Source: Perna viridis (taxonomy: Eukaryota). Taken from it: DNA of 64,000 nt. The stretch lies in NCBI GenBank assembly GCA_037379345.1, contig CM074520.1:20439488-20503487 (forward strand), written 5' to 3'. The notes beneath the pieces are model-generated. The model was not told the origin of the DNA, did not search any database, and was given only the letters and a program-made list of their open reading frames with translations. This document shows positions 27,709 to 40,200 of the stretch, piece after piece. The translations under genes were made by a program, and so were the position numbers. The first letter of the stretch is position 1; the number at the start of each line of letters is the position of its first letter.

Positions 27709-27934
27709 GGAGTAGACTCGAGCGGAAATCAAAAGATGGTATTCCAAGGATAAATACTAGACAGGGAAAATAGACACACACAACAATGTGCATAACATAA
27801 CCAACATAGCACGTACAAAGAAGCAACATAACACGTACAAAGAAGCAACACAGCACGTACAAAGAAGCAACATAACACGTACAAAGAAGCAACATAGCAC
27901 GTACAAAGAAGCAAAAGTAAATGAGCAACCCGAC
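27709..27934 (-). mobile_element. Diverged copy of the Penelope-like 3' repeat with an internal 22-bp tandem expansion
   Basis: Reverse complement matches GTTGCTCATTT...TTCCCTGTCTAGT...TTTTGATTTCCGCT; five CATA(G/A)CACGTACAAAGAAGCAA-type units at 27805-27914. Confidence 0.7.
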
Positions 27935-30900
27935 GAGCTAAAGTCTTTCTTTTTCTTATTAAATATAATTATATAATAAAACCGAAAATCAGATTGCAAA
28001 TATTAAATAAATATTTTCCATGAATTGTTTTAATATCGACCAAAATTATTTACGATAGTATCTTGCTTAAACGAAATGAAAAATGGCGAAGTATGTAATA
28101 TATCACTTTAATTAGTTATGAATGTCGTCATAGGGCCGTAGACGTTAAAAGAAATATACTTTTAAATTTCGGTCAGAAAAACTATCTACCATTCACTGAA
28201 ATTTTTATTTGTCTGTTGTAAATAAAGAATGACATCATTCGACCCCTTGTAAATCATACACAAAATGAACTAATTATGATTAATACATATGTACTCCGAC
28301 TTTCAAAGATTGGAACATAATAAACGTCCACCACGCAACATAAAATTTGTCCCTTTACTGGAGATAAAGACGTTACAATTTCTTGTAATTGGTAATTAGT
28401 GAACCTATTAGGTGGTGAAATTACATATTTCTTCTTTATGAACAGAAATATTGTGTATATGTGTATATTATTTTGCTTTTTTTCATATATTCAATCGAAA
28501 GCCGCCTTTGGTTTTCCAGGTTGAATTTCCAAGTTGAATTTCCGCTGATGAGTTGTTTCCGGATAAATCCGCTATTTTTTTTAGGAATTCAAGGTTACGT
28601 GTACATGTGGTTATACTATTAAAAGGCCGATAGCGTTGGTTTTCTATGGTGTAATGTTAATCCCAAAGACAGTACTGAAAACAGAAGAATATTTTTTTCC
28701 AAATTGTAGACTCTTCATTTTAGAAGAGGCCAATTTAACATTATTCAACAGGGATTTATCAAGAAATTTATATAAAGCGGGACCAAGACTATAATGTGCT
28801 CATTCTTTTTTTCAAAATTTTCCACAAAATTGACATACATTTTTTACGAAGAGGAATTATCCCCGGAGCCGTCACTGCTTTAAAGCCTTTTGATAGAAAT
28901 TTTCAAAGCCGTATCTACATAGAATACTGTGAACATTTATGAACCACTTCTATATAAGAATAATTTTTTTTTGCATTTTTCGGAAACATAAAACTTTGAT
29001 GTACAATGTGAAAAGGAAGGCGTGTGTGGCCACATTCTGACATAAGTACACGATGTTTTCTTTCATAGAGGTGAATATAATTAATTTAGACATTAATGCG
29101 TCCCATTGTCCAATGTTTTACTGTAAACACAAGTTTTTACGCATCCTGAATAAAAAATGCAAGTATTATTTTCAGAATTATTTCGATACAAGCGAATATA
29201 TGTGGAAATGTACGTAGTTTCATAGAATTTTGCTGTAATATAACAACAATGCGGTAACAAAGATTCGGCATAGAAAGCAAAATGATTGCAAGATTTTACA
29301 GCAAGGCAAGAAATATGTCTGTGAGTCAAAACATAAATGTACAAAAAAGAAGGAACGGAAAATCTTAGTATGAAAAGGTAAATAAACAGAAAATAAACTT
29401 ATCAATCGATTGTCAACGAAGACGGAAACTGGTCAGGGTGTCTTTATGTATCATTCAAAAAAAGTACACAAAATGTTGTAATTGTCAAATGTTCATAAAA
29501 CGCCAAAGTAGGTTTACTGCCGTTTTATGCCCATTTTTGACTTGATCAATTAAATAGCCGTGACCAAGATTTTCCTCAGGAGATGATGACTATAACTTTA
29601 TGTATCAAAACATGCTCATTTCGATGTAAAGTCCATGTCGAAATAATAAACACGATCTCGATTCCTTTGTAGCCAAGCGAATTCAAGGAATGTTTATCAA
29701 TTAAAATTTAAGGAAATGTATTCAGCTTCCTGTTTCAGCGGTCGAGGTCTCTGTTCCCAAAATAAACTCGTAAAGGTTTTATAAGGTTTTGTGGTGGGAA
29801 ACCATGAAAAGGTTAAAACTAAAGTATTCAAAGATCAGTTAAATTGACAAAATGTTTGAATGCGTGATGACATGAGTCATTTGTAAGAAATACTACCACA
29901 AAAACGCCCTCGCCGCCTTTTTTTTTGTTATTTGTATCAAGGTCATTACTTTGTGAACAATTCGCTTGTTATGCTAGTTTTTTGCAATATTAAAAGATCA
30001 ATTTGAAACATTATATTCTATACTGGTATCAAACGTATAACTTGTGGTCAAGACGAACGAGTTAGCTCTGGGTAAAACAATACACATGTATTACATATCA
30101 ATTAAACCTACGAAATTCTACTCTTTAGGGGACCAACATGTGTGGGCCGAAAACCAGACTTACAAGTTACAATGTTGAACATGTATCATATTTTAAAAAG
30201 GGATAAAAATATGTCATGAATTGTAGCAGTTTGGAAATATGATCAGCATCCCTTTAAGTCATAGGACAGTTGGAAGGTAATAAGTGATACATGTTTTCAT
30301 TATGCAAAAGTACAAAAGGAACGAAACTTTGCTGCAGGAACTATGACTCATTCGTTAAGGTGTAAGTTCAAGAAACTAGGGGTCATGTTGTATGGGCTTA
30401 ATGTATAGCTCATATCACCTCAGTTTATTAACAAGTGACTGACTTTCTTCGTGTAAAATATGGATAATACTTAATATCTATATATTCTATTTTGAACGAG
30501 TCGTAAGCCGTGTGGTATAAAACAAGCACGTTCAATAGAGCTCAGAGAAGACGGCGAAGTATAAAATAATAATATGCAGCACAGTATTTGTTTTGAAACC
30601 AATTAAATCGAGAAATGATCTATTAATCATTTGAGGTTAAGTGTTCCTCTTGAGATTTTGAGATTTTAATAATAAAGTAATAGTGGTCATTTTGAAGTGA
30701 TTTGATATGTTAAAGATGATACACCACTCTAAACATCAAATGACCTTCTTAGGAACAGACTGACCGACGTATATTTATGTTATTGTCTACGGTCAGCACA
30801 GTTGTTTTCTTTGCATTATGGCTTCATTATGAAGTAGTTTGTATTAACAATAATAATAAGAGACTGCTGAATCAATTAGTATCTACTGGGCAGCAGAATT

Positions 30901-31026
30901 GATACACCAAAGCGAAAATAATGAGAGATAAACAGAAAATTATCAAAAATTGATTCGCAAATCATTGGAGTTTATCTTATATGTTTGCTGGGAAATTTTT
31001 AATGTCGATTTCTTTATTATGAGTTC

Positions 31027-31453
31027 ATGGAACATTTAGAGTACTTTATCTCATTTGCTCGAGTTGTAAATAAAGTTGGTTTAGTAAATAAAGGTCTAAC
31101 ATTTCAAACAAAATATCCCAATGGTTTCAGTATGATTTCATTACGACACACTATATTATTCTGGAACTGGGTTATGTTGATAAAAGTTTGAAGTCATCAC
31201 TAAAGTTTTATGGTTGTCATCATGAGCTCGTGGATCGCTACGTAGTTTCTAGAAAAGCAGAGGATGCTTACCCTACCGGTGCACCTGGCCCATGCTCCTA
31301 GTTTTTATTGGAGTCCGAATTGCATTATTTTTGTTACTTTGTATATATTATTTTATGTTCTTTGTTGTGTATGTCTGTTTTCCATGTCTGATCTTTGTCC
31401 CTGGATTACATTCTTTTAATTTCCGCTAGAATCTTGCTTCCCTTGATTACACT
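31027..31453 (+). mobile_element. Penelope-like retroelement remnant: decayed RT C-terminus plus 3' untranslated repeat
   Basis: 31161-31241 reads LELGYVDKSLKSSLKFYGCHHELVDRY, resembling the QGY...LKSSLRKFYGRHH.LVDRY C-terminus of mollusc Penelope-like RTs. It is followed by the dispersed GCTTACCCTACCGGTGCACCTGG...CCCTTGATTAC repeat. Confidence 0.7.
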
Positions 31454-33350
31454 TTGTAAATGCAATTCAAGTGCAGAAAACCAGGTATCACACTTACGCC
31501 TTATCGGTTACCTTAACCACCCCTCATATAACGAGACATTTTATTTTGTGAAACTATGTCACTGTTAAATTAAGTGCTTACCAAGAACTACCGTCAATTA
31601 CTTATATTAAGCAATCGAAATTTTTTTCTGAATTAAATTATAACAAATTAATCTTAAATTGTCATTGCCTTTTGGCACTTGCATGCTCCTGTGAAAAGAT
31701 ACTCGTAAATAATTTTAACTAATGACGGAGCTTATAACCTTAACTCGCTGTGTTGAAGTTTAAATGAGTTTCGTTGGAGGAAGATTTCTCTGGTTTTTCA
31801 GGAATGTCTCTGGTTCGTTTTCATAATTGTCAAATCAAGTTTTAATTGATTTTGCCTCAGCCAATAGCCGATATTCACAACAGAGCCGTGCAAATGATAA
31901 ACTTGCTTAAAATTCACAATCGCACAATTAAAGCATACATTGTTTTTGCTACCTGTCTGTTAGTATTCCATAAAGCGGGACTAAGTACATGAATATCTGG
32001 TTTGACCAACCAATACACAATTTAATATACCACTGATCTATTGACTTGACAGAAGGGCCTTGAAGCTGACAACAGCGATATATATTATACTATTTAGTCA
32101 GTACATCTTCCCTACCAAGGTTAACATGTACATTGTCAAGGTATAGCCAAAATATGTCCATCAGACTCACTAACAACGCCCGAAAACAACAACAAATCTA
32201 GTCAGACTGGGATAGTTTTAACATTCAAATTGGTCCCATCTCGACAAACAACTGTTTATTATTTATTTATTTTTATGCATCTTTTCATCGAATTTAATCT
32301 GACGAGTCGTCAGTCGAGTGTCTACTGCTGCAAAACTTCATAAAGGTAGGCAAATGAAGCATGCGCGTTTCAATACTTATAAACTGTGTACATGTACATG
32401 CATTGATATATATACATGCAAAAGTTTTTCATAATTTTACATTAGCTTAGCTTGTACAGGTTAATGTTTTCAAAATAATTCTATGTTTTTACACACGTAT
32501 TCCATATCTTTCTGCAAAATGCGATTTGCCTGTCATATTTTCAATCAACGACAAAGCCTATAAATGGAGTAAGTTATGATCAAGGTCCGGTTACATAAAA
32601 TACTGTATTCTTTTGTAATAAGTTTAACTAGACTTCCCCAAAGTTAACTTTCGCTTTCCTGATTGGTGAACAACTTCAAGGAAATATTTGCTTTCAGGTG
32701 TTTTAAGCCCATGGTCCGATTTTTCACTTGTTAGCATTGTGTCGTCCTTGGGTGATACCCTTTGAGATGTACTAACTTCAAAATCAGAAACAATTTCAAT
32801 TCGTCACGACAAACACATTTAAGGTGTGAAGAACACACTTTCATCTCTGTCACAAAGGAGCTTGCAGTCAAAATCATTTAATTCCTATTATGGAGTAATG
32901 CATTCGTAATGAATAAGAACATGTACCGTGTACAAATGAGACTTGACAATAAATTACGAAAATCTGACATGCATTACACAATGTATGTAAACAATTTGTC
33001 TTGTTGTAACCCGCATCAGTTCACAACAAGATTTGAACAGCTCGAGCCTTTGTATAATTTATTGTTCTCATTACTACATGTAACATAACTGACAGGCTAT
33101 ACAGGCAATTGTATAATGGTTTCATGACCGTTATTAGATTCAGACTTGTAAAAGGTCATTGCGGTGCTGCAGGGATAAACGTTGAGATGGGAACCAATAC
33201 ACAGCATGTCGGGAATAAGACTTAACAAGTTTTGTCGACCGCGGGGTCTTTACTTCGTAAGAAAAGGGATCTGCACGGATCACTTTTAATTATACAAAAA
33301 AAATGACATTTTACTTCCTAAACTGTTTGGTCGATTGGTTTTCAATTTTC

Positions 33351-33545
33351 ACTGAGGCTTCATTCTTTGTATTTTTACATGGTATTCGGTGATGGATTTG
33401 GTTTCATACTTCGATAGTTTTGTTTTGAGTATTTCTTATGTACAATTAATTTTTGGATTTATATCATCCTGAACTTTTAATTCTAATGGTGCTGATGAGG
33501 GGGTACTCCCAGCATATCGAAATTTGCAATATGACTGGTTTTTTT
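33351..33545 (+). mobile_element. Second Penelope-like family remnant with decayed hammerhead core (copy B)
   Basis: ACTGAGGCTTCATTCTTTGTATT...GTGATGGATTT...TGCTGATGAGGGGGTACTCCCAGCATATC; homologous to copy A. Confidence 0.55.
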
Positions 33546-33862
33546 TAATATTTTAAGTGAACCACCCAAATCATTTCTGAATACAGGTTTAACTCTACAA
33601 TTGGTGGTCTTCCAAACTCCGAAACAGTGTGTTCTCTAGCTATGTAGATACATATACGTAGGACTGCCGTTACGTGGAGCTTGTTGAGTTTCAGTCTATT
33701 GGTCCTGGCTCTACTTCATATGAATTGGCAAGTTGGTTTGCTGAATTATATTACGATGACTAATTTCTTAAAACGATTTAATCATGTTTCCATTTTATTG
33801 TGCTTTATCTGATTTTCTTCTTTTAAACTGGACTGATACATGATCTTCCTCTCTTCTTTTAA

Positions 33863-34234
33863 GTATCAGTTTCTGTAAATATCAGTCAAAATGGAAACAA
33901 TCAGAAAGATGCATGTCAAAACCCCACAGTTCTGATAATGATTATAATTTTACCCAAGAATACTTTCTCTATTAGAAAAGACTACTATTTGATTTCTGCA
34001 TCACTGTATTTGTCCAGAAAAAAAGAGGTTTTTGACAGAGAAATCTGCCCTTGAAAGTTCATTTCAAGTGCAATTCAATGGAGTTATAACTCTATTTACC
34101 AAAATGATATGGGAAGTCCAGTGTTTTTTCTTCATTTTGATGGTGCACGCAATATTCAAAATACACTTTCAAAAGGATGGTTTTTTTTAACGTGCATGTT
34201 TCACCCACTGCCCAATTCTTACAGAGACTGACAC
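33863..34234. mobile_element. TTAA-flanked Kolobok-like MITE, diverged relative
   Basis: ttaa|GTATCAGTTTCTGTAAATATC ... AATTCTTACAGAGACTGACAC|ttaa. Confidence 0.65.
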
Positions 34235-35208
34235 TTAATTAGTCTGATTTATCAATCCTTTCCCCTAAAATTTTAGCTCCCATTCTTAACTGTTCCTCTT
34301 TTCAGCCTCAATACATCAAGGTGACAAGGTGTAAATAAAAGCATATAGTACTGTAACATTCATCATCTTTCGTGGTTTAACTTTCAATCCCTTTTACAGT
34401 TTAAACGTTTGCTTCGTACCGAAAAGAATTTAAAATGAATGATGATACTTTTTAACAAAATATATTGTCCGCAGACAAAGGTTGGTGTACCACAAAAATC
34501 CTGACGTAACAAGAGCCTATCTGCAGGTTTAACATCCTTGCGGTGGATTATATGTTCATGTTGGGGAGTTGTATGTAATAAAATTTGATCATGTTCCTAA
34601 GCGTCAGTATTCAATGTAAAAGTTATTCATCTTCATGCACGACGCATCCTGAAGTCTTGTATGACATAACTTAGTTCACTAATGTACATGATAGGTAAAA
34701 TGTGCATGGGTTTCGTTTGTAAATTAAAACTTCGGATAGAGGTTTGACGGTTTATTACTACAAGAAAATGAATTTTGACTCTGTAAAGCTGCATATATAT
34801 TGACTGATTAAGTAACTTACTCCACATTTTCTGCATTTTTAAGTACATGTATATCATAATAGTTGAGGCACAACTTCAGGACAGGAGTGTCTTCGTTGTA
34901 AAAAGGAAAATTGCAACAAAAATTACCCGTTCTTTTCAAACTTTGTGTTGAGGTTTTTGAGAACCACAATTTGTCTGGTAGGTTTCGGTAGGACAATATG
35001 TAGATTTCTGCACCACAAACATGCCTAAAACATGTTTACTTTGAAGTTCTTGGTTTGAACATTTTTATACCTGAAAAATATACGATGTACATCCTCCCTG
35101 TATAAAGATTGTTATATAGTGTCTTTCAAGGCAAATTACATCCAAACTATGCCCTAACCAGGATTTCAATTCAAAGCGTACGTGCATGCATAAGTATAGT
35201 AGCAGGCC

Positions 35209-35328
35209 CAGTGGCGGACCCAAGTGGTCCGGCTGTGGAACTCCCTCCTTTTTGCGGGAAAATTTGGTTAATTTCATGCAAACTTCAAATAGTAACCTAG
35301 AACCTCTTAAATCCCTAGATCCACCATG
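35209..35328. mobile_element. CAG..CATG MITE with 5-bp TSD (hAT-like)
   Basis: aggcc|CAGTGGCGGACCCAAGTGGTCCGG ... CTAGATCCACCATG|aggcc. Confidence 0.75.
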
Positions 35329-36022
35329 AGGCCTACGCGTGAAGAAACACAAGGCACTACATATATGATAAAATTGCTTCATTCCGATTGTATTCTGATT
35401 TTCCTCACACTACTTATAGCTCCTAACACTGCTTGTATGTTAGATCCTCTTTGTCTGTTCGTTTTACAATTGCGCCAGTTCCCATTAACTTCTTCATGTA
35501 CAGTATAACAGTTTCATCGTTCTTTGGTTTGACTTTAACGGATTGACTTTCATGTACTTGCATGCTTATTTGAATAATATATGTAAATTCTGTATTAGAG
35601 ATAAGTTCGATTTAACAATACTGTATTTGTTCATACCTGAATCTGTTAGAACCAATGACTTAATTTGATTCAAATTCACTGTACATTCAAATTCAAGTTT
35701 GATTTATATACGTATACCTGTTGGAAAAGGAAATGTTAACTTTATTTAAATTCAAGTGTGTACACATACTACCCACATATATTGTATAGTTGATATTGGT
35801 TTGATTTCAAAAACATTCTATAAAGTACATATATCAAAATCTTTACTTTATTATAGACCGGTTTACATGTAAAGAAATCACCTTGCCCGTACAGTTAAAG
35901 AGTATCTACGATATGAAAAATGCAGTTTGGGCTGATAATTACTTGTAATTTGATGTACAATTAAAACATTTATAACAGAAAACACAATAAAATGATAAAG
36001 AACAAAACCAACCGAATAGAGA

Positions 36023-36149
36023 CAGCCACGGAGATAGAGGTCCGGGTTGGACCCTCTTTTTACTTAAAAAAATCGTGTATATTGGGTGTAAAAACTTTTA
36101 AAAAATAGCCTTGAAGTTTTGCTTGAACATTTCCTCTAAGGATCAAATG
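36023..36149. mobile_element. Degenerate member of the same 5-bp-TSD MITE family
   Basis: Shares GGTCCGG..TTGGACCC with the copy at 19090; GAGAC occurs at both boundaries. Confidence 0.45.
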
Positions 36150-36809
36150 GAGACATACATGTATATGAATTAACATAGATATGCTGCTAAAGCTAAACGT
36201 GCTTTAACTCTTATATTTGCATGTATAAAAGGGTATATAATCTAGAAGTTCATTCATGACATATTCCAATTCTTTATATTTCATTCCATCTTAGAATTAC
36301 TTCCTTCATTTGGCCGCAGATGTTCTGATGCATTCCTAGTTTGCTAATGAAACAGACCTGACAAACTTTAATGCAACAGACTAAAAAATCTAGGTTTTGG
36401 TACATATTCTGAATTAATGCAATGGTTTCCCCGGAAAATTTTTATTACATAATAAAATGCATTTATTGCTGCGATCAGGAGCTCTTTTATCTATTTATCA
36501 TTACTGAATTTATTTGTATAAAGAATATTATATCATGTCATATCGCTTTCAGAAATATAAAAGCGATGCATTCAAATTTAAAATTTCGCTTTCATATTTT
36601 CATTTTAAATTCTTTTGAATATGAATTTCAAGGTAGTCAAACATGCTGTTGCATATATCATTATAGAAAACACGTGTGTTTAAAACATGTGAAAAATATG
36701 CCTTGATGAATCCAAATTGACTTTAAAATACCAAATAATTCTCCAAGATTATAAAATCAAAAATTTTCAAATTAATTTTTTCTACAGAAATCCACACAGA
36801 CCCTGAAAA

Positions 36810-37263
36810 ATGGAGGAAAGTGTTTCAGACTCAGAATTAGATTATATTAAACCGAAATATGAACAACATAAAATTGGTAGTAAGAGGTGGAGCTATGCCG
36901 TAAGACGGCAGTCGATTGGCTGGTCACCTTTTCCAGGGGCGGTGACAACTAACAATTCAATCAGTTGTCCTGAAACAGTTGTCGTTACATTACGATCGCC
37001 GTCCGTTCAGATATATTCTGCATTGAAAAGGAAGCTACTAAAAGCTAAATCGAAACCGGAATGGATTTTACAATTTTTGCATCATGATGGTTTGGAATTA
37101 CTATTCGAGAGTTTGGATCAAATTTGTCTCCAGAAAACATCAAGTTTTCTTGATTCAGTTTTACAAATTGGATGTGTAGAGTGCATTAAAATAATTATGG
37201 ATACTTCGATTGGTTTGGATTACGTTGTGGAAAATAAGGATTTTATTCCAAAATTCGCATCAG
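36810..37263 (+). CDS. INF2: INF2-like formin, first coding exon (N-terminal extension + start of DID/FH3); exon begins at 36788
   Basis: Acceptor ttttttctacag|36788. ATG at 36810 has an in-frame TGA two codons upstream. Donor cag|gtatgt at 37263 (phase 1). Translation CPETVVVTLRSPSVQIYSALKRKL...WILQFLHHDGLELLFESL...LQIGCVECIKIIMDTSIGLDYVV aligns by eye with the human INF2 DID ([24 protein letters not shown]...WMVQFLEQSGLDLLLEAL...[23 protein letters not shown], recalled). Confidence 0.92.
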
Positions 37264-40200
37264 GTATGTTGAATTTACCTTTTTATAATTTTATATTTCC
37301 TTAAATTCTTTATCAATATGTACAGGATGTGTTAAGTGTATGACAGCGAACAGGTGAGAATTTTCTACCTGTTCAGGTAACTCTTTAATACTAAAGCACT
37401 ATAATACTAGCATACATTGGTATATATAACATTTGCCAAACAAATGTTACTAAATATGTTAATAAAACAGTTGTAAAACAATGATTTTCAATGACCTTTT
37501 ATTGTTTTAAATGACAATTCAGTTGAAAAGTCGTGTAGTAAACTGCAGTTTGACAGCCCATTTCTATAAATGTACAGTTTGAATTTGTATCATTCGTTCT
37601 CTCTTTTATAAATAAAAAACACATTATTTATATTCTTTTATGTATTTTAAACTGGACCAATCTTAAGTAAAAAGTTCAGATGGACTGTCTGTTCATTTAA
37701 GTAATTAAGAGTTCATTATTTTCACAGCTTATAGCTTTTTTAAAGAGTGATGTAGCAAATCTTCAGTGTTTATATATGTTATAAAATGAATAGGCGGATG
37801 ATAACTCATTTCGTAATGCGATATCAGAAACATTCGTAAAGATAGGCAACTGTTATATATACAGAATATACAAAAGGCGAGAAATATCACGCAATGTATT
37901 GAGGTGCTGTCACTGCACATTGTCTACGGACTCTCCTTTAGCTGACATCCGACCCAAAAGTTACTGACATTTGAATTCTTTCACGCAATGAATTCACTTG
38001 CAATGAGCTGAAATGTTTATTTTTTGTTTCTATGTTAATGTATTTGCTACCGGGAAAATAGCAGAGATAACTCATGTATTTTCTGTCGATTACTTCATAA
38101 GAATATGTAATTTCATATTATAAAAAAGAAACCGACTTTACCATGTAATTATTTCCCACTAGTTTGGCGCCAAATTTCAAAACGAGTATGCTTTGCTAAA
38201 GACAGGAACTAGAGTTTAACCAAGCAAATAGTAACACGGCATTCTGTACCTTCATTTACGCAGCATAATTTCGCTTTAAAATCTTAACCATGCAGGGGAT
38301 TGTCACTCGTAGGTGGTTATACTGTAAACACATTGACGGATTAAACAGATTTTAACATTTGTTCAGATTTGAATATTAAATTTTAAGGACTACCTAAAAA
38401 CTGGGTTAAAACCCAATTGCAGACTGAGTTAAAATGGATGATGAAGCAATCTCTTTGTTAAAGTTTTACGTGATTAGATGACCAATCGAGGACTAACTGT
38501 TAACCAGCTGGCTGGAGGCCTAGACCACAATAGAGAACGATACAACTCTGTTTTGCTGCTGGGGAGATTTTGGTCCAGTAAATCATATGTACTTATAAAC
38601 TACGGTGTCCTAAATATCGTTTTTCACTATATCATTTTATTTTAATATGTATTAGATTACAAATGTGAATTTTTCTAAATTTGAATTTTGTGATTTATTT
38701 AATACATAATTTGAATTTATAAATTGAGATTTTATGTAACGTATGCACTTCCTTAAAATTTAACTTCCATGGATAGTCTAAAACAAGATATCATGCCTTT
38801 GTACATACTACAGATTTCAAGAACTGCTAAGTTTCACATTTATGAAGCCCCCCTCCCCCTCTACCCCACTTTTGGCTAAAGATCATTGAACAGTGTGTGT
38901 CATTAGATCTATACAGCATGCCCACTTTTAAAAGCTCTTGTGAATATATAGAGGCTCGAAATAATTTGAAATTCAGAACATCATCAAACAAGTTCATTAC
39001 ATTCAAGATTTAGGAAGTGTTTCTGAATTATTAATAGCGCGTTGAAGCATAACATCTGATGTAAAATTCCCCTGTTAATGTTGCCTTGGTCTAAGTATAT
39101 ATTCTGTATAATACAAAACTAAACTAAACGTCATATCTAAATTTACTACATTTTGTATTTTGAAAACTCCTCGTAGTAAATCCGTAATATGATTTTGCTC
39201 AATCTTTAAATGATCCATATAGGGAGATAGAAGTTAAATCGTACCGTGGTACTATAAAGATAGCCAATAGTCGACAAAAACAGTTCTACATACTAAATCC
39301 TAGCGCTGTTATCGAGCCGAATATGCACTGCATTGTGATGCTATCGTGTCCCAAAATAATCTCTGCGGTTTAATTTTGATGAGTTATCATAAGATGGCTT
39401 TTAGTTTTTGAGTGGCAATGATAACATTGAAGATATGTTTGTAACTTAAATCTTTTTAAACTCTGATGTCATTTGGTAAAACTTTGTTTACTGTTTGAAA
39501 GTGGACTCTGAGATACATAAGTGAGGTTTTTAGGTTCGAATTGTCATCACCTATGTTTAGTGTAAGGATATTTTCTTTTACAAATAGTTTTGGACAACAA
39601 GTTAAATAACATTATCAAAATGCTATCCTTTAGAATCTTAACAATTAATCCGCTGAGTGTTGGTTCATGTCAACTTTTCTTTTTCTTTTCTTTTTTTTTT
39701 TGACTGATATTTTTCATTTATTTCTCACCTTAAGAACAAACTGTAAACAAAACACGTTACCGTAATTCTCAATAATCGTAGAAGGCTAAAAAATAAAGTT
39801 TATAGTTCAAACTGCGAAAACAGCATTTAACTACTAATTCAGTAATCGCTGTCTAATTTCTGGTTGTAATACGACAGTATGACATTAAGACTTAAGTCAA
39901 GCAAGAGGCTATAGGAGCTCCTTGGTAGGTATTGCTAAATTCAATATTGAAATTCCCGCCCTCAAGCCAAAGGCGTGTAGAACAAGAAAATCATCAACTC
40001 CCCGTTATCAGATAATGTAACATCTAATGCATATATAGTGAACCAGTCTACTTGCTAGTAAATTGAAATCCTTAAGGACTTAAAATTGGAGCAGTTTTTG
40101 AATACACACTGTAAATATACAATATGCAGGGTCATCGGATAATAGTTGTCTTAGACGAGTTTTACAAGATTTTCAACGATACAGTTTGGGCAGGTTTCAG

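Noticed and set aside
28544-28575. CTGATGAG hammerhead-like start
   Set aside because: No stem II followed by GAAA and no closing stems.
37264-37304. C-terminal tail of ORF 36810-37304 (and of ORF 47955-48212)
   Set aside because: Read-through into intron past canonical donors; homology stops at the splice sites.
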